64,000 bases of DNA, taken from NCBI GenBank assembly GCA_963733195.1, contig CAVTCR010000007.1, forward strand, positions 1 through 64,000, given 5' to 3'. Both the position numbers and the translations under genes were made by a program. The notes under the pieces are model-generated. The model ran no database searches. It worked only from the letters and a program-made list of their open reading frames with translations, and was not told the DNA's origin. Numbering within the stretch: the first letter of the stretch is position 1; the number at the start of each line of letters is the position of its first letter. Shown here one piece after another: positions 53,792 through 64,000 of this stretch. This DNA comes from an uncultured delta proteobacterium (lineage in GTDB: Bacteria > Desulfobacterota > Binatia > Bin18).

Positions 53792-53858
53792 AATGTAAGC
53801 TGGTGGTGTGCGTCGTCTGTGAGATTCCTGCTACGAATGTTGGAATCCTGCGATAATC
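53792..53858 (-). promoter_or_regulatory. conserved promoter element, copy 11
   Basis: GTCTGTGAGATTCCTGCTACGAATGTTGGAATCCTGCGATAATC at 53815; -10 TACATT with a spacer 1 bp shorter. Confidence 0.8.
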
Positions 53859-54044
53859 GTGTGGGGGAGAGGAAAGACCCTCTGCCCTAACGTTTCGATC
53901 GACATTCACGGGGAACCACTGAGCGGAACTTCACTCTGTTGCCATTTGCATGTTGCCTTTTGCCCCTTTGTGAAAGGCTGTCTTGACACTACACAAGCGG
54001 CTGTGATGAAGAGAGACCGACCATATCTAAGAGGAGGTGAACGT

Positions 54045-54786
54045 ATGGATATCAAAACCGAACGTGTCAGCATCGGCCTTGACGGAAAAACGATGAGCGC
54101 CTATATGGCGCGTCCGAACGACGACGCGCAGCACCCGGCTGTGCTCGTGTACATGGAAATCTTTGGTGTGAACTCTCACATTCGTGATGTCACTGATCGT
54201 GTGGCTCGTGAGGGGTATGTCGCGCTCGCTCCAGACTTCTTTCACCGGTACCGGACCGGGAGTAGAATACGGATACGATGAGACTGGAATGACCGAAGGC
54301 ATCAAGCTCTTAACTCAACTCAAGGCAAGTGAGATCGTTGCCGATGCCCGTGCGTCGTTATCGTTCCTGAAGCGGAAGAATTTTGTCAAAGGCGATAAGA
54401 TCGGCGCGATGGGCTTCTGTGTCGGCGGGCATGTAACCTATCTCACTGCGTGTGAAACTGAAATCAAGGCTGCGGCCAGCTTTTATGGTGGCGGAATCGC
54501 CGGAGAAAAAGGCTTCGGTGGAGAGCCTTCGACTATCGGGCGCACCAACAAGATTACCGGCAAAATTATCTGTTTCTTTGGTGCCAAGGATGCACATATT
54601 CCTATGGATCAGGTCAATGCTGTTCGTGCCGAGCTGGAAAAGCAGAAAATCCGACACGAAGTAATTGTGTATCCGAACGCTGACCACGGCTTCTTCTGCG
54701 ACCAGCGTGCATCGTATGACAAGGCATCAGCAGATGATGCCTGGGCGAAAGTGAAGAAGTTGTTTGCGGAAGAGTTGGGGAAGTAA
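54045..54786 (+). CDS. dienelactone hydrolase family protein (frameshift near 54250)
   Basis: EIFGVNSHIRDV, GYVALAPD, GFCVGG, YPNADHGFFCDQRASY. Confidence 0.9.
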
Positions 54787-54922
54787 GAAAAGATGGACTG
54801 TAGGTTCCCTCTCATTGGGAGAGGCAGGGCAACTGGGAGAAAAGATTGCTTCGCTCTCTCCATGACGTTTCCGTAGTCGGAGGAGGGCAGGGTGAGGGAA
54901 CTGTAAGAAAGGTGAAGAAGCC

Positions 54923-55735
54923 ATGGGTGTTCTCAACGGCAAAGTTGCAATCGTTACTGGCGCGGGGCGATTACGCGGTATTGGTCGTGCAGCAGCGCTA
55001 GCCTTGGCTGAGCTTGGAGCGGACGTTGTGGTGACTGGTACAGGCCGCGATCCTGCGAAGTATCCGCCGGATGAAAAAGCTGCTGGATGGCGTGATATTG
55101 AGAGCACAGCGGAACAAGTGCGTCAGCAGGGGCGGCGCTGTTTGCCGATTGTGGCTGATGTGATGAAAAGCGACGACGTGAAACGCACGATCGCTGCGAC
55201 GCTCAAAGAATTTGGCCGTATCGATTTCTTGATCAATAATTCTGCTTTCGCTCGAGGGGCTGATCGGGTACCGCTGCTCGAACTTTCCGAAGAGTTGTGG
55301 CATCAAGTATTGGAGATCAAGCTCACGGGAAGTTTTCTGATGAGCCGTGAGGTTTTGCCGACGATGATAAAGCAGCAGCAAGGTGGGGCGATTATCAACG
55401 TGTCTTCGATCGCAGGAAAACGCGGCTTTGCCAATACGACGGCGTACTGTACCTCGAACTTTGGCATTCAAGGATTCACGCAAGCTTTGGCCATGGAAGT
55501 GGCACCGCATCAGATCCGCGTTAACGCAGTGTGTCCGGGAATTATTGACACTGCACGGATGGATGTCGTCGGTCGTGGTGAAGCGTGGGATAAGAGTATT
55601 GAGCAAATGGTTCCTTTGCGACGAGCGGGAACAGACGAAGAAATTGGGAAATTTATTGCTTATCTCTGCACGTCGGATGCGTCATACATTACCGGCCAGT
55701 CTCTGAATATCGATGGCGGAGCTGTCATGTGGTAG
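54923..55735 (+). CDS. SDR family oxidoreductase
   Basis: VTGAGRLRGIG, LINN, YCTS, VNAVCPG, TGQSLNIDGG; the catalytic YxxxK reads YCTSN. Confidence 0.9.
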   Translation: MGVLNGKVAIVTGAGRLRGIGRAAALALAELGADVVVTGTGRDPAKYPPDEKAAGWRDIESTAEQVRQQGRRCLPIVADVMKSDDVKRTIAATLKEFGRIDFLINNSAFARGADRVPLLELSEELWHQVLEIKLTGSFLMSREVLPTMIKQQQGGAIINVSSIAGKRGFANTTAYCTSNFGIQGFTQALAMEVAPHQIRVNAVCPGIIDTARMDVVGRGEAWDKSIEQMVPLRRAGTDEEIGKFIAYLCTSDASYITGQSLNIDGGAVMW

Positions 55736-55740
55736 CACGT

Positions 55741-57772
55741 TTACGCCAGCCGCACAGTCAAAATATCTCTTCTCGCATCCACATGCCCGATGGCAACGTG
55801 TACATTCGTGCCGAGCGGTAGGGGTGGAGAAGCGTTCACGGCAACGATCAGTAGCGTCTCGTCGAGTTCGATAAAGCTGCGGCCATATTGTTCGCGGACG
55901 ACCTGCCCCTGAACGACACGCCCTTTCTGTTTCTCTAAATAGCGTAACAGCCAGTAGCGTGTGCTTTCACGCTCGCAACGCCTCGCGTTGCCACTGGCCT
56001 CTTGGGCACCAGCGGCGATGATCTGCAACTGTTCTTCACTGAATAGCGCCGTCCCGTGAGTCAGATGATGCTTAATCTGATGCTGCATTTGCAGGTCGTG
56101 ATAGCGGCGCAACGGCGATGTCGCCTGCGTATAGACGCTTAAGCCAAGGGCGGCATGAGCCGCTGGAGTCGTACCCATCTGGGAGGGTTTCATCGCCCGC
56201 CGCGCCGTGTGCACGTGCACGCGCTGAGTAGGGAAGGTAGTTAAGGCTGGTACAGGCTCATCTGGTTGTGGTTGGGCAATGTACAACGCAGGCAACTGAT
56301 GGACGTGACAATAGCGTGCGGCCATCTCATTCGCGAGGATCATGCATTCACTTACTAAGGCGCGTGAGGGTGAATCTGGCGGAAACACGGCAACGGAAAT
56401 TTCACCATTTGTCACTCGGACTTTGACTTCTTCGCCTTCGATAATAACTGCGCCTTGAGCGACCCGCAGTGCTTTCCGTGCCTGTGTGATACGTAACAGA
56501 CTGTACAAGGCCGAGGCGCACGGGTCAGTCTCCTTCGTCATTCCGCAGCAGGGTGTCAGCTTCGCCATAGGTGAGTCGGCGGCCTACACGCAGAACGCCA
56601 CGACAGATACGCTCATCATGAATGTTCCCTTCTTCGTCGATGTGAGCGAAGAAACTGAGGGAGGGGCGGAGGGAGCCTGCACAGAGACTGGCTTTTTCTT
56701 CACTCAGGATAGGAGGAAGCATAGGAAGCTTGCGCCCAGGGAGATACACCGAAGTGCCACGAGCAAGCGCAGCTTTGTCGAGTTCACTCCCTGGCGGGAC
56801 AAAATAGCCAACATCGGTGATGTGGATGCCGACGATGATCTTGCCTTCCTCTACGTGGATACTGAGCGCGTCATCAATATCCGTTGTCTCAGCGTCGTCG
56901 ATGGTAAACGTCAACAGCGATGACAGATCGGTATAATTTTGTGTATCAGGAGAAAATGTTGGGGCGTCTTCTGCCGCTTGTAAGACTTCAGCGGAAAATC
57001 GTGTAGGAATCTGATAGCGTAAAAGACTTAACTCCTCATCAGGCGTCCATACGCCGAGAGCAACCAGCAATTGAAACGCGACATCCCAAGGATGGCCTTT
57101 GCTGCGAAACCCAATCTCATCAAGCAGCTTGAGGGCCTGTGTTCTTTTGTCATAGAACTCACCGTGCAAGGCGAGGCCCTTGATCAAATCAAGGTAGCGA
57201 TCTGCACCGCTTGGTGGTGCAACGGAATGTGGTCCGGCCAATTGTGCTCGTAGCCAGGCGAAGAACCCTTCTTGAGCCTGAGCGCGCTCTTGTTCTCGTT
57301 GCTGTTGGTGAAGGACTTCCTCGATGCTTTTGGCATCACGCAGAGTAAACTCTCCGGCTTTGCGTTCCTTGAAATACAAATTCTGACCGTACAGTGCTTC
57401 GAGGACACCGGCGGTGGCAATTGGGGTGTCTTGCGCAGACAGCACAAGACTGGCGAGTTCCCTCCACGGCCAGGCTTCCGTGGTTTCCTCTCGTAGTAGC
57501 TCCCATAACTCTTTGAGATCAACAGTCTGGGCAGAGGAACGAATCTGCTCGTGCAACGACTGTAATTGTTTTTTCAGTTCGGCTGACGGTCCGGCAAGCA
57601 CCAGGGTCTGTTTGCAATCAAACATGATCCGGTCTTGGGTGAGGGTGGTTTTTTTCCCATCCTCAGCTGTGAGTTCGACTCGCACCGTATCTGAGGAAGA
57701 GGAGATCTTGTGTACAACACCCAGAATCAGGTGGCCGTGCTCACGATAAACAACAACGCTTCCGCTCTGCAT
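55741..57772 (-). CDS. RNB-domain ribonuclease (RNase II/R family), frameshift near 56530
   Basis: TIDDAETTDIDDALS, RGTSVYLP, ECMILAN, YTQATSPLRRYHDL. Confidence 0.9.
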
Positions 57773-57858
57773 AGTGGTAAATTTCTGTATCCAGCAAGGA
57801 CGTGCAATGATGCGTTCAACCGATGAGACCCTTGCTTCTTCTGTAATGCCCGCCAATA

Positions 57859-59034
57859 ATGCCGAGTAGTATGTTGCAAGTCAAAGTCATCAAAAGCATG
57901 GCCGAAGTCGACCGTACGGCTTGGGATATTCTAGTGGGTGATGGTTCCCCCTTCATTGAATGGGATTGGCTGGCGTGTATGGAGGAAGCTCGCTGCACTG
58001 GTCCGAGAACTGGTTGGCAATCCCAACACCTCACGGTCTATGATGGAAAACAGCTCGTTGCCGCGTGTCCGCTATACCTTAAAGGGAACAGCATGGGCGA
58101 ATTTGTCTTCGACCACTCCTGGGCTGACGCGGCGCAACGGGCAGGGATCGAGTATTACCCAAAGATGCTGGTTGCCGCGCCGTTCACGCCGGCGACTGGC
58201 GTACGTTTTCTGACGGCACCGGGAAGCGATCGTTCGGAACTGATTCGGCTCTTGGGGCAAACGCTCCAGGCTGTGTGTGAGCAAAACGATCTGTCCTCCG
58301 TTCATGTCAACTTCTGTCTCGCCGACGAAAGTGAGATTCTTGCAGAACTGGGCTACCTCAAGCGTGTGGGATTACAATACCAATGGCTCAATCACGGCTA
58401 TCAAACCTTCGACGACTATCTTGCGCATTTCCGTGCGAAGCGACGTAACCAAATCAAACGGGAGATGCGCGAAGTCGATGAACAAGGGGTACGGATCGAG
58501 GCCCTCTATGGTGAAGAGATTCCTACTGCGATGTTTCCGCAAATGTTCGCGTTGTATAAAAACCACCTCGATAAGCTCTATTGGGGGCGGCAGTATTTGC
58601 AAGCGCAATTCTTCGATCTTTTAGGCCAACGGTTTAAGCGCAATTTATGTTTCGTCGTTGCCCACTATGAAGGCAAGATTATTGCCGGAACGTTTAACGT
58701 ACAAAAGAACGGCGTGTTTTATGGCCGCTACTGGGGCGCGTTTCAGGAACTCCGCCATCTACACTTTAACGTCTGCTACTATGCCGCGATTGACCATTGT
58801 ATTAAGCACGGGTTTGTCCGTTTCGAGCCTGGTGCCGGAGGCGATTTCAAGCGTCTCCGTGGATTCGATCCACAACCAACTGTGAGTATGCATTTCTTCG
58901 CCGAACCTCGCTTGGCGAAGGCGGTCGCCCGCTTTCTCGACAGTGAGCGTGACCAAGTCCATCGGACGATTGACTATCTGCAAGAGGAAAGCGAATTGAA
59001 GCTGAACACTGACGACGAAAAAGGTGAGACGTAG
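57859..59034 (+). CDS. GNAT/FemAB-like protein (DUF482)
   Basis: SMGEFVFDHSWADA, YYPKML..PFTPATG, YGRYWG, LHFNVCYY, FEPGAGG. Confidence 0.9.
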   Translation: MPSSMLQVKVIKSMAEVDRTAWDILVGDGSPFIEWDWLACMEEARCTGPRTGWQSQHLTVYDGKQLVAACPLYLKGNSMGEFVFDHSWADAAQRAGIEYYPKMLVAAPFTPATGVRFLTAPGSDRSELIRLLGQTLQAVCEQNDLSSVHVNFCLADESEILAELGYLKRVGLQYQWLNHGYQTFDDYLAHFRAKRRNQIKREMREVDEQGVRIEALYGEEIPTAMFPQMFALYKNHLDKLYWGRQYLQAQFFDLLGQRFKRNLCFVVAHYEGKIIAGTFNVQKNGVFYGRYWGAFQELRHLHFNVCYYAAIDHCIKHGFVRFEPGAGGDFKRLRGFDPQPTVSMHFFAEPRLAKAVARFLDSERDQVHRTIDYLQEESELKLNTDDEKGET

Positions 59035-59080
59035 TGCGTGAGACGTGATGCGTAATACGTAAGACTTTGGACTCTAGACC

Positions 59081-60484
59081 TTGGACCCTGGACATCAGAC
59101 TTCGGACGCCGCACCTCGGACGCCGCACTCATTGAGTTTATTCAGCGCTACCATGCTGGTGGTGGGCAACACCATTGGCGTCGGTATCTTCACAACTAGT
59201 GGTATCGTTGCCGATGCGATCCCGAGTCCGGGGTGGTTATTGGCCGTCTGGGGTCTTGGGGGGCTTTTGTCGCTCGCTGGAGCGCTGGCGTGGGCCGAGC
59301 TTGGGGCAACATTTCCACACGCTGGTGGAGAGTACGTCTATCTGCGCGAGGCTTTTGGACCGTTCTGGGGCTTTCTGTGCGGCTGGGCGATATTTATTGC
59401 CAACTTCTCTGGTTCTATTGCCGTATTGGCCATTGCCCTAGCCGGATCGCTGGCGCATGTGTTGTCGCTAGGCACGTCCGATACGGTGCTGTGGTCTGGT
59501 ACTGTCGGAGGCCTGCCGTTCTCGCTGTCTCATAACCAATTGTTTGCACTCGTTCTTGTTTGGATCGTGTCATTGATTAATTACCGTGGACTCCACCTTG
59601 GCAGTCTGGCGCAGAATGTGCTCAGCGTCAGCAAACTCGCCGCGATCACTGGGTTGTTGGTGGCTGGATTCTGGTGGGGAACAGGCACGTGGACTCATTT
59701 TTCGCCCCTCTTTACCGGGACGGAGGTGTCTGGGCGCCTATCGGCTGTAGGAGTTGCACTTATTCCGGTCTTGTTCGCCTATACGGGATGGAACGCTGCT
59801 GCCTACATCGCCAGTGAAGTTCATCATCCAGAGTGGAACTTACCACGTGCGTTGTTGTACGGGACGCTCGTTACCCTGAGTGTCTATCTCCTCCTGAATG
59901 TTCTGTATCTGTATGCTGTGCCAATCGCTGCGCTTAAAGGAGTGGTGCAGGTTGGTGAACTGACAGCGTCGGCGCTCTTTGGGGCAAAAGCGGCATGGGT
60001 CATTTCTCTGCTGATTGCGCTCTCAGTTGCCAGCGCATTTAACGTGATGATCCTCACCGGCGGATGGATATACTTTGCCATGGCGAGAGATGGCGTGTTC
60101 TTTCAGAGCGCAGCCCAATTGCATCCCCGCTTTCAGGTTCCAGGGCAGGCTCTGCTCCTGCAAGCAGCGTGGACGTCGGTGTTGATTTTGTCAGGAACGT
60201 TTGAACAACTCCTGACCTATGCCACTGTCGTGCTTGTCGGGTTCTCTGCCCTGACCGTAGGGGCCTTGTTTGTTTTACGTTGGCGACGACCAGCTTTGCC
60301 ACGTCCGTACCATGTGTGGGGGTATCCGTGGCTTCCAGCCTTTTACATTGCCGCCTCGGTTGGTATCGTGCTCAATGCGCTGTGGGAACGTCCACTTGAA
60401 TGTGTTTTGGGACTTGTGCTCTGTGCTGTCGGCATACCAGTGTATTATTGGTGGCAGAAAAGCAGAACAATGCTGGGAACGTGA
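59081..60484 (+). CDS. APC family amino acid permease
   Basis: GNTIGVGIF, AELGATFPHAGGEYVY, FAYTGWN, RPYHVWGYPWLP. Confidence 0.92.
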   Translation: MDPGHQTSDAAPRTPHSLSLFSATMLVVGNTIGVGIFTTSGIVADAIPSPGWLLAVWGLGGLLSLAGALAWAELGATFPHAGGEYVYLREAFGPFWGFLCGWAIFIANFSGSIAVLAIALAGSLAHVLSLGTSDTVLWSGTVGGLPFSLSHNQLFALVLVWIVSLINYRGLHLGSLAQNVLSVSKLAAITGLLVAGFWWGTGTWTHFSPLFTGTEVSGRLSAVGVALIPVLFAYTGWNAAAYIASEVHHPEWNLPRALLYGTLVTLSVYLLLNVLYLYAVPIAALKGVVQVGELTASALFGAKAAWVISLLIALSVASAFNVMILTGGWIYFAMARDGVFFQSAAQLHPRFQVPGQALLLQAAWTSVLILSGTFEQLLTYATVVLVGFSALTVGALFVLRWRRPALPRPYHVWGYPWLPAFYIAASVGIVLNALWERPLECVLGLVLCAVGIPVYYWWQKSRTMLGT

Positions 60485-60500
60485 CTGCCCAAATCGCATG

Positions 60501-62357
60501 TTACTCTTCCAGTGCCATCACTTCCTGAGTCAGCCTGCCCGCTATCTCGGCAGTGGTACGTAACAAGTTTTGTAAGAGACCGACCTTCAATTGGACATGT
60601 GTTTTCTCCAGACACTCGAAGGCTTCTTTAGTCAAGGTGCAACACTCGACGGGCGTGTCGGCCCGTACATCTGCTGACCGGACTCCTCCATCTATTATGG
60701 CTAACTCGCCGAACCCCATACCAGCTGAAAGGGTAGAGAGTCGCTTAGGTTGTCCGTTAGGTAAATGAATGAGTACACTGACTTCGCCGCTCATGAGAAA
60801 GTACAGTTTATCTGCAGCTTCTCCTTTCCGAATGATCAGGTCGCCGGAGTTGAAGCGCTCTCGTTCTACCAAGCTTTCCAAATGTGTCACGTCGATTTTC
60901 TTAAGGCCCTTACAGAGCTGATGCTCTGAGAGACTTGCTAACCTCGGCGATTCGTGTTCCAGGCAATATTTCACAAATAGTTGGGTTTCACACCACTCGA
61001 GTGCAGGGTCCAATTCTGGGAATGTGACCACCCTCGCATCTTCATCACGACTCCTTGCCTCCTCCAAGAACCGCCGAAACCTTGGGTGGCTTTGTACGTG
61101 CGTGAAGAGGAGTTGCTTGCCGTGCGCAACGAGCGTGCGAACCAATTGAAGGAGAATCCGGCTGGCTGCAGGGTCGATGTGGATCACTCGCTTCAAGTCG
61201 ATAATCGCAACTATCAATGCCTCGCTTGCCTTGATAATTTCCCGGACGATTACTTCTATTGCTGAGAATTTGAGATCTCCCTGCAGTTCATACACTTTGA
61301 CCCGATGACCCTGGGTATCGAGGAATTGTCCCTCGTTAGCCGTCCGACGTCGTTTGGATCTGATGGTGGAGAGGCTATAGCGTGAACGGATGACAGAAGC
61401 TGAAGACCGAGGCGGGTGGAGAAAGTGGAGATTGAGATCGTGCGACAACTCTTCGCACACTTTGACCCCGCGAACGCTGTTGCCGCGTGCATCCAAAGGG
61501 GGCGAGAATACACCGATTCCTAGCTGTCCAGGCAGAACAGCGAGGATGCCACCAGCCACACCGCTCTTAGCTGGCATGCCGACACGGTACACCCACTCTC
61601 CTGCGTAGTTATACATACCACAGGTTGCCATCACACTGAGGATATTCTCTACTAACTCAGAGCGGACCACTCGTTCTCCGGTTACCGGATTCACCCCTCC
61701 ATTGGCTAAGCTGGCCGCTATCACGCTCAGATCGCGACAGGTAACACCTATTGAACACTGTTGAAAGTAGATATCGAGAGCGGGCTCTGGGTCCTCGGTC
61801 AAAATGGCGAAGTTACGCAGCATGTGTCCGATTGCTCGATTACGGTGGCCAGTGGCTCTTTCCGATTCGTAGACAACTTGGTCGATTGTTAGTTGTCGGC
61901 CTGCGTACAGTGAAATCACACTGAGAATACGTTTCAGCTTATCCTCGTATGAGTGCCCCGCGATCAAGGAGGTCGCGGCAATTGCGCCGGCATTGATCAT
62001 AGGATTGAGCGGACATCCAGTCTCTGGAGCCAAACTGATCGAGTTGAACGCATCGCCCGTTGGCTCGACACCGATCGCTTTGAGCACTATCTCTCGTCCA
62101 CGGTCTTCGAGGGCAAGGCCGTACACGAAGGGTTTCGAGATCGACTGGATAGTGAAAGGCTGGCGTGTGTCTCCTACCTCGTACACCTGGCCGTCAGTAG
62201 TCGCAATGCAGATGCCGAACCAGTCAGGGTTCGCAGTAGCGAGTTCAGGGATGTAACTGGCGACCTCCCCTGCCTGCAGCTGTGCATACTTACTGTGCAA
62301 ATTCTCTAGATAGTCGTTGATAGGAGAAATAAGCCCGTTCCCTCTAGTGTTACCCAT
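60501..62357 (-). CDS. glsA: glutaminase with STAS and cNMP-binding domains
   Basis: YIPELA, FTIQSISKPF, NPMINAGAI, PAKSGVAGG, then a STAS-like region and GFGELA..RSADV cNMP motif. Confidence 0.92.
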   Translation of the reverse strand: MGNTRGNGLISPINDYLENLHSKYAQLQAGEVASYIPELATANPDWFGICIATTDGQVYEVGDTRQPFTIQSISKPFVYGLALEDRGREIVLKAIGVEPTGDAFNSISLAPETGCPLNPMINAGAIAATSLIAGHSYEDKLKRILSVISLYAGRQLTIDQVVYESERATGHRNRAIGHMLRNFAILTEDPEPALDIYFQQCSIGVTCRDLSVIAASLANGGVNPVTGERVVRSELVENILSVMATCGMYNYAGEWVYRVGMPAKSGVAGGILAVLPGQLGIGVFSPPLDARGNSVRGVKVCEELSHDLNLHFLHPPRSSASVIRSRYSLSTIRSKRRRTANEGQFLDTQGHRVKVYELQGDLKFSAIEVIVREIIKASEALIVAIIDLKRVIHIDPAASRILLQLVRTLVAHGKQLLFTHVQSHPRFRRFLEEARSRDEDARVVTFPELDPALEWCETQLFVKYCLEHESPRLASLSEHQLCKGLKKIDVTHLESLVERERFNSGDLIIRKGEAADKLYFLMSGEVSVLIHLPNGQPKRLSTLSAGMGFGELAIIDGGVRSADVRADTPVECCTLTKEAFECLEKTHVQLKVGLLQNLLRTTAEIAGRLTQEVMALEE

Positions 62358-63223
62358 GAAACCATTCCTTACTGGCAGAATACCTTCTAGTTGTTTCCTT
62401 ACGGAAAGTAATGATGGACTGTGAGTAAAGCCCCTTTTGAAGGAGCAAAAGACTTGCCAATACCTAAGGGAGGGGTCGTCGTGGAAGAGTCGCCAGGCAA
62501 CGATTGCTTTGTCCCTCACTGTCATTGCGAGTTGTCCATAGCGCGGGTGCTAAGAGTGGAAGTAGAAATGCGGGGTGATTCTGGTGCCGTCATTCCCGCG
62601 CAGCTTATCCCAAGCCCTACTGGGACCTGTCCCAGGTTCTACCGGGAGCGAGAGTCCCTTAGGGAACTTCCGTAGTCACGGCTTGTGCTGTCGCTTACTA
62701 AAACGGCAGATCTCTGTTTTAGTGCCGTTTTTTTGAGCAGCGACGACGAGCCCGTTGTTTGCCATGGCCCTCGAGTCTTTTCTTTTCCATAACTTCTGTA
62801 CTTGCGCGGCTGGAATGCTCTGTGGCTCAGTCTTTGCGAAGAAATAACCAGTTTGCTTCCTAACGGATCAATAGAACAAAGTTGCAGACTGTAGCAAAGA
62901 ACAAAGATGCGATTGTGCTTATACGGATATCTATACGTCGACGTAGGAGTCTGTCGCGGGCTGTGATGATACAGTAGCGCCACATAACGGTATCCTGCTT
63001 TATGAAGTCACTTTTCTTTTTTCCCCACCTCACATACATTAGTGATGCATCTGAAGTACCTTCTACCTCCAGTACACCTAAACTGAGAACCTAAGATACC
63101 CAAGAAATGAACAAGCTAAGCCTCGCCTTGTATTCAAGCCTGTCACCCGCAGGAGTCGTCAACAGCAAAAGCCAGTCAAGACTACTTTCTACTCTGGCTT
63201 TCTATCGCGAGTAGAGGTAGGAA

Positions 63224-64000
63224 GTGAAAAGAGGGGTGGTTCCTCTTTTCTTCTGTCTTTGGGCAGCTCTTTTGACGATATGGCCATCCCCTTTTATTTC
63301 TTTCGCTCAAACACAGAGCGACTGGGTTGCAAAGGCGGTTTCAGTACAAGGGACCGTCGAAGTCCAACTGGTGGGGAGCACTCAATGGCAACCGGTAAAG
63401 TTAAATGACACCTTTCGCCCCGGTGACACGATTCGGGTGCTTGAGAGAAGCCGGGCTGACATCGCCATGCTCGACCAATCCGTGCTGCGCTTGAATGCGA
63501 ACACCAGCATCACTATACAAGGCGTCAAGGACGGAGGAACCGGGCTGCTCAATCTGCTCAAGGGGGCGGCTCATTTCCTCAGCCGTGGTCCCCGTAGCCT
63601 GGAAGTGCAGACTCCCTTCACTGTTGCGGGCGTCAGGGGCACTGAGTTTCTCGTTAGTGTTGAAGTAGACAAGACTTACGTGACGGTATTTGAAGGAACC
63701 GTAGTAGCAGAGAACCAAGCGGGGAGCCTCACTCTCACTGATGGCCAATCTGCGGTTGCTGAGGCAGGAAAAGCTCCTACGTTGCGGATTGTGGCGCGTC
63801 CCCGTGATGCCGTGCACTGGACATTGTACTATCCACCGGTGATCTATCTTCGTCCCGATGAACTTCCACCTGGACCAGACTGGCAAGCGGTGCGACAATC
63901 TACCGAGTTTTATCTAAAAGGAGACCTCCAGCGGGCATTTCAGAGTATTGCCACTGTTCCCGGAACCCTTAGTGACTCACGCCTCTTTGCCTATCGCGCC
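63224..64000 (+). CDS. FecR-domain protein, probably followed by TPR (runs off the window end)
   Basis: Manual translation: signal peptide, VSVQGTVEV..GDTIRV..SVLRLNANT..VQTPFTVAGVRGTEF..VTVFEGTV. Confidence 0.85.
   Translation, partial: MKRGVVPLFFCLWAALLTIWPSPFISFAQTQSDWVAKAVSVQGTVEVQLVGSTQWQPVKLNDTFRPGDTIRVLERSRADIAMLDQSVLRLNANTSITIQGVKDGGTGLLNLLKGAAHFLSRGPRSLEVQTPFTVAGVRGTEFLVSVEVDKTYVTVFEGTVVAENQAGSLTLTDGQSAVAEAGKAPTLRIVARPRDAVHWTLYYPPVIYLRPDELPPGPDWQAVRQSTEFYLKGDLQRAFQSIATVPGTLSDSRLFAYRA

Larger units (their letters stand above)
52981..53858. repeat. ~880-bp direct duplication of 36673..37549 (promoter, DUF1328 and lipoprotein)
   Basis: Near-identical by eye over the whole block, including intergenic DNA. 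Confidence 0.9.

Noticed and set aside
20608-53858. The 44-bp repeat as a CRISPR array
   Set aside because: Copies are 1-9 kb apart and separated by genes, they are degenerate, and no cas genes are present
447-57772. Widespread frameshifts (kdpA, LLM, cheBR, ptsI, RNase II, DLH) as programmed recoding or mass pseudogenisation
   Set aside because: They affect housekeeping and accessory genes alike as small indels with few in-frame stops, which fits uncorrected long-read errors better; this needs read polishing to confirm

Overview
Bacterial chromosomal window, roughly 55-60% GC by eye. Gene content (LLM/F420-type oxidoreductase, Rieske, VOC, SDR) and REP-like palindromes suggest a Binatia/deltaproteobacterium-like genome, but this is only an inference. 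Many genes carry single-base frameshifts, probably long-read errors. From left to right: (1) a potassium locus with kdpFAB, a sigma-54 promoter and a divergent KimA-like APC-USP transporter; (2) a five-element nested IS stack (IS6 containing an IS701-like element and an ISAzo13, which itself contains IS5 and IS630), then a sigma-54 response regulator; (3) a few catabolic genes; (4) a ~35-39 kb accessory region of general-stress and small-membrane-protein genes (CsbD, BON/OsmY, Dps, DUF1328, DUF3309, GlsB, DUF3618, AI-2E, OmpA-DUF937, Hsp20, CheB/CheR-PAS kinase); (5) housekeeping genes at the right end. The main unexplained signal is a 44-bp non-coding element found 11 times between 20.6 and 53.9 kb (10 full copies, 1 half copy), always on the same strand. 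It has two direct-repeat half-sites 21 bp apart, a weak -35 and a TAnnnT -10 at near-fixed spacing, and it heads most stress-gene units. An AraC-family gene sits in the middle of the region. Together these suggest a self-contained AraC-activated general-stress regulon built by promoter-cassette duplication.
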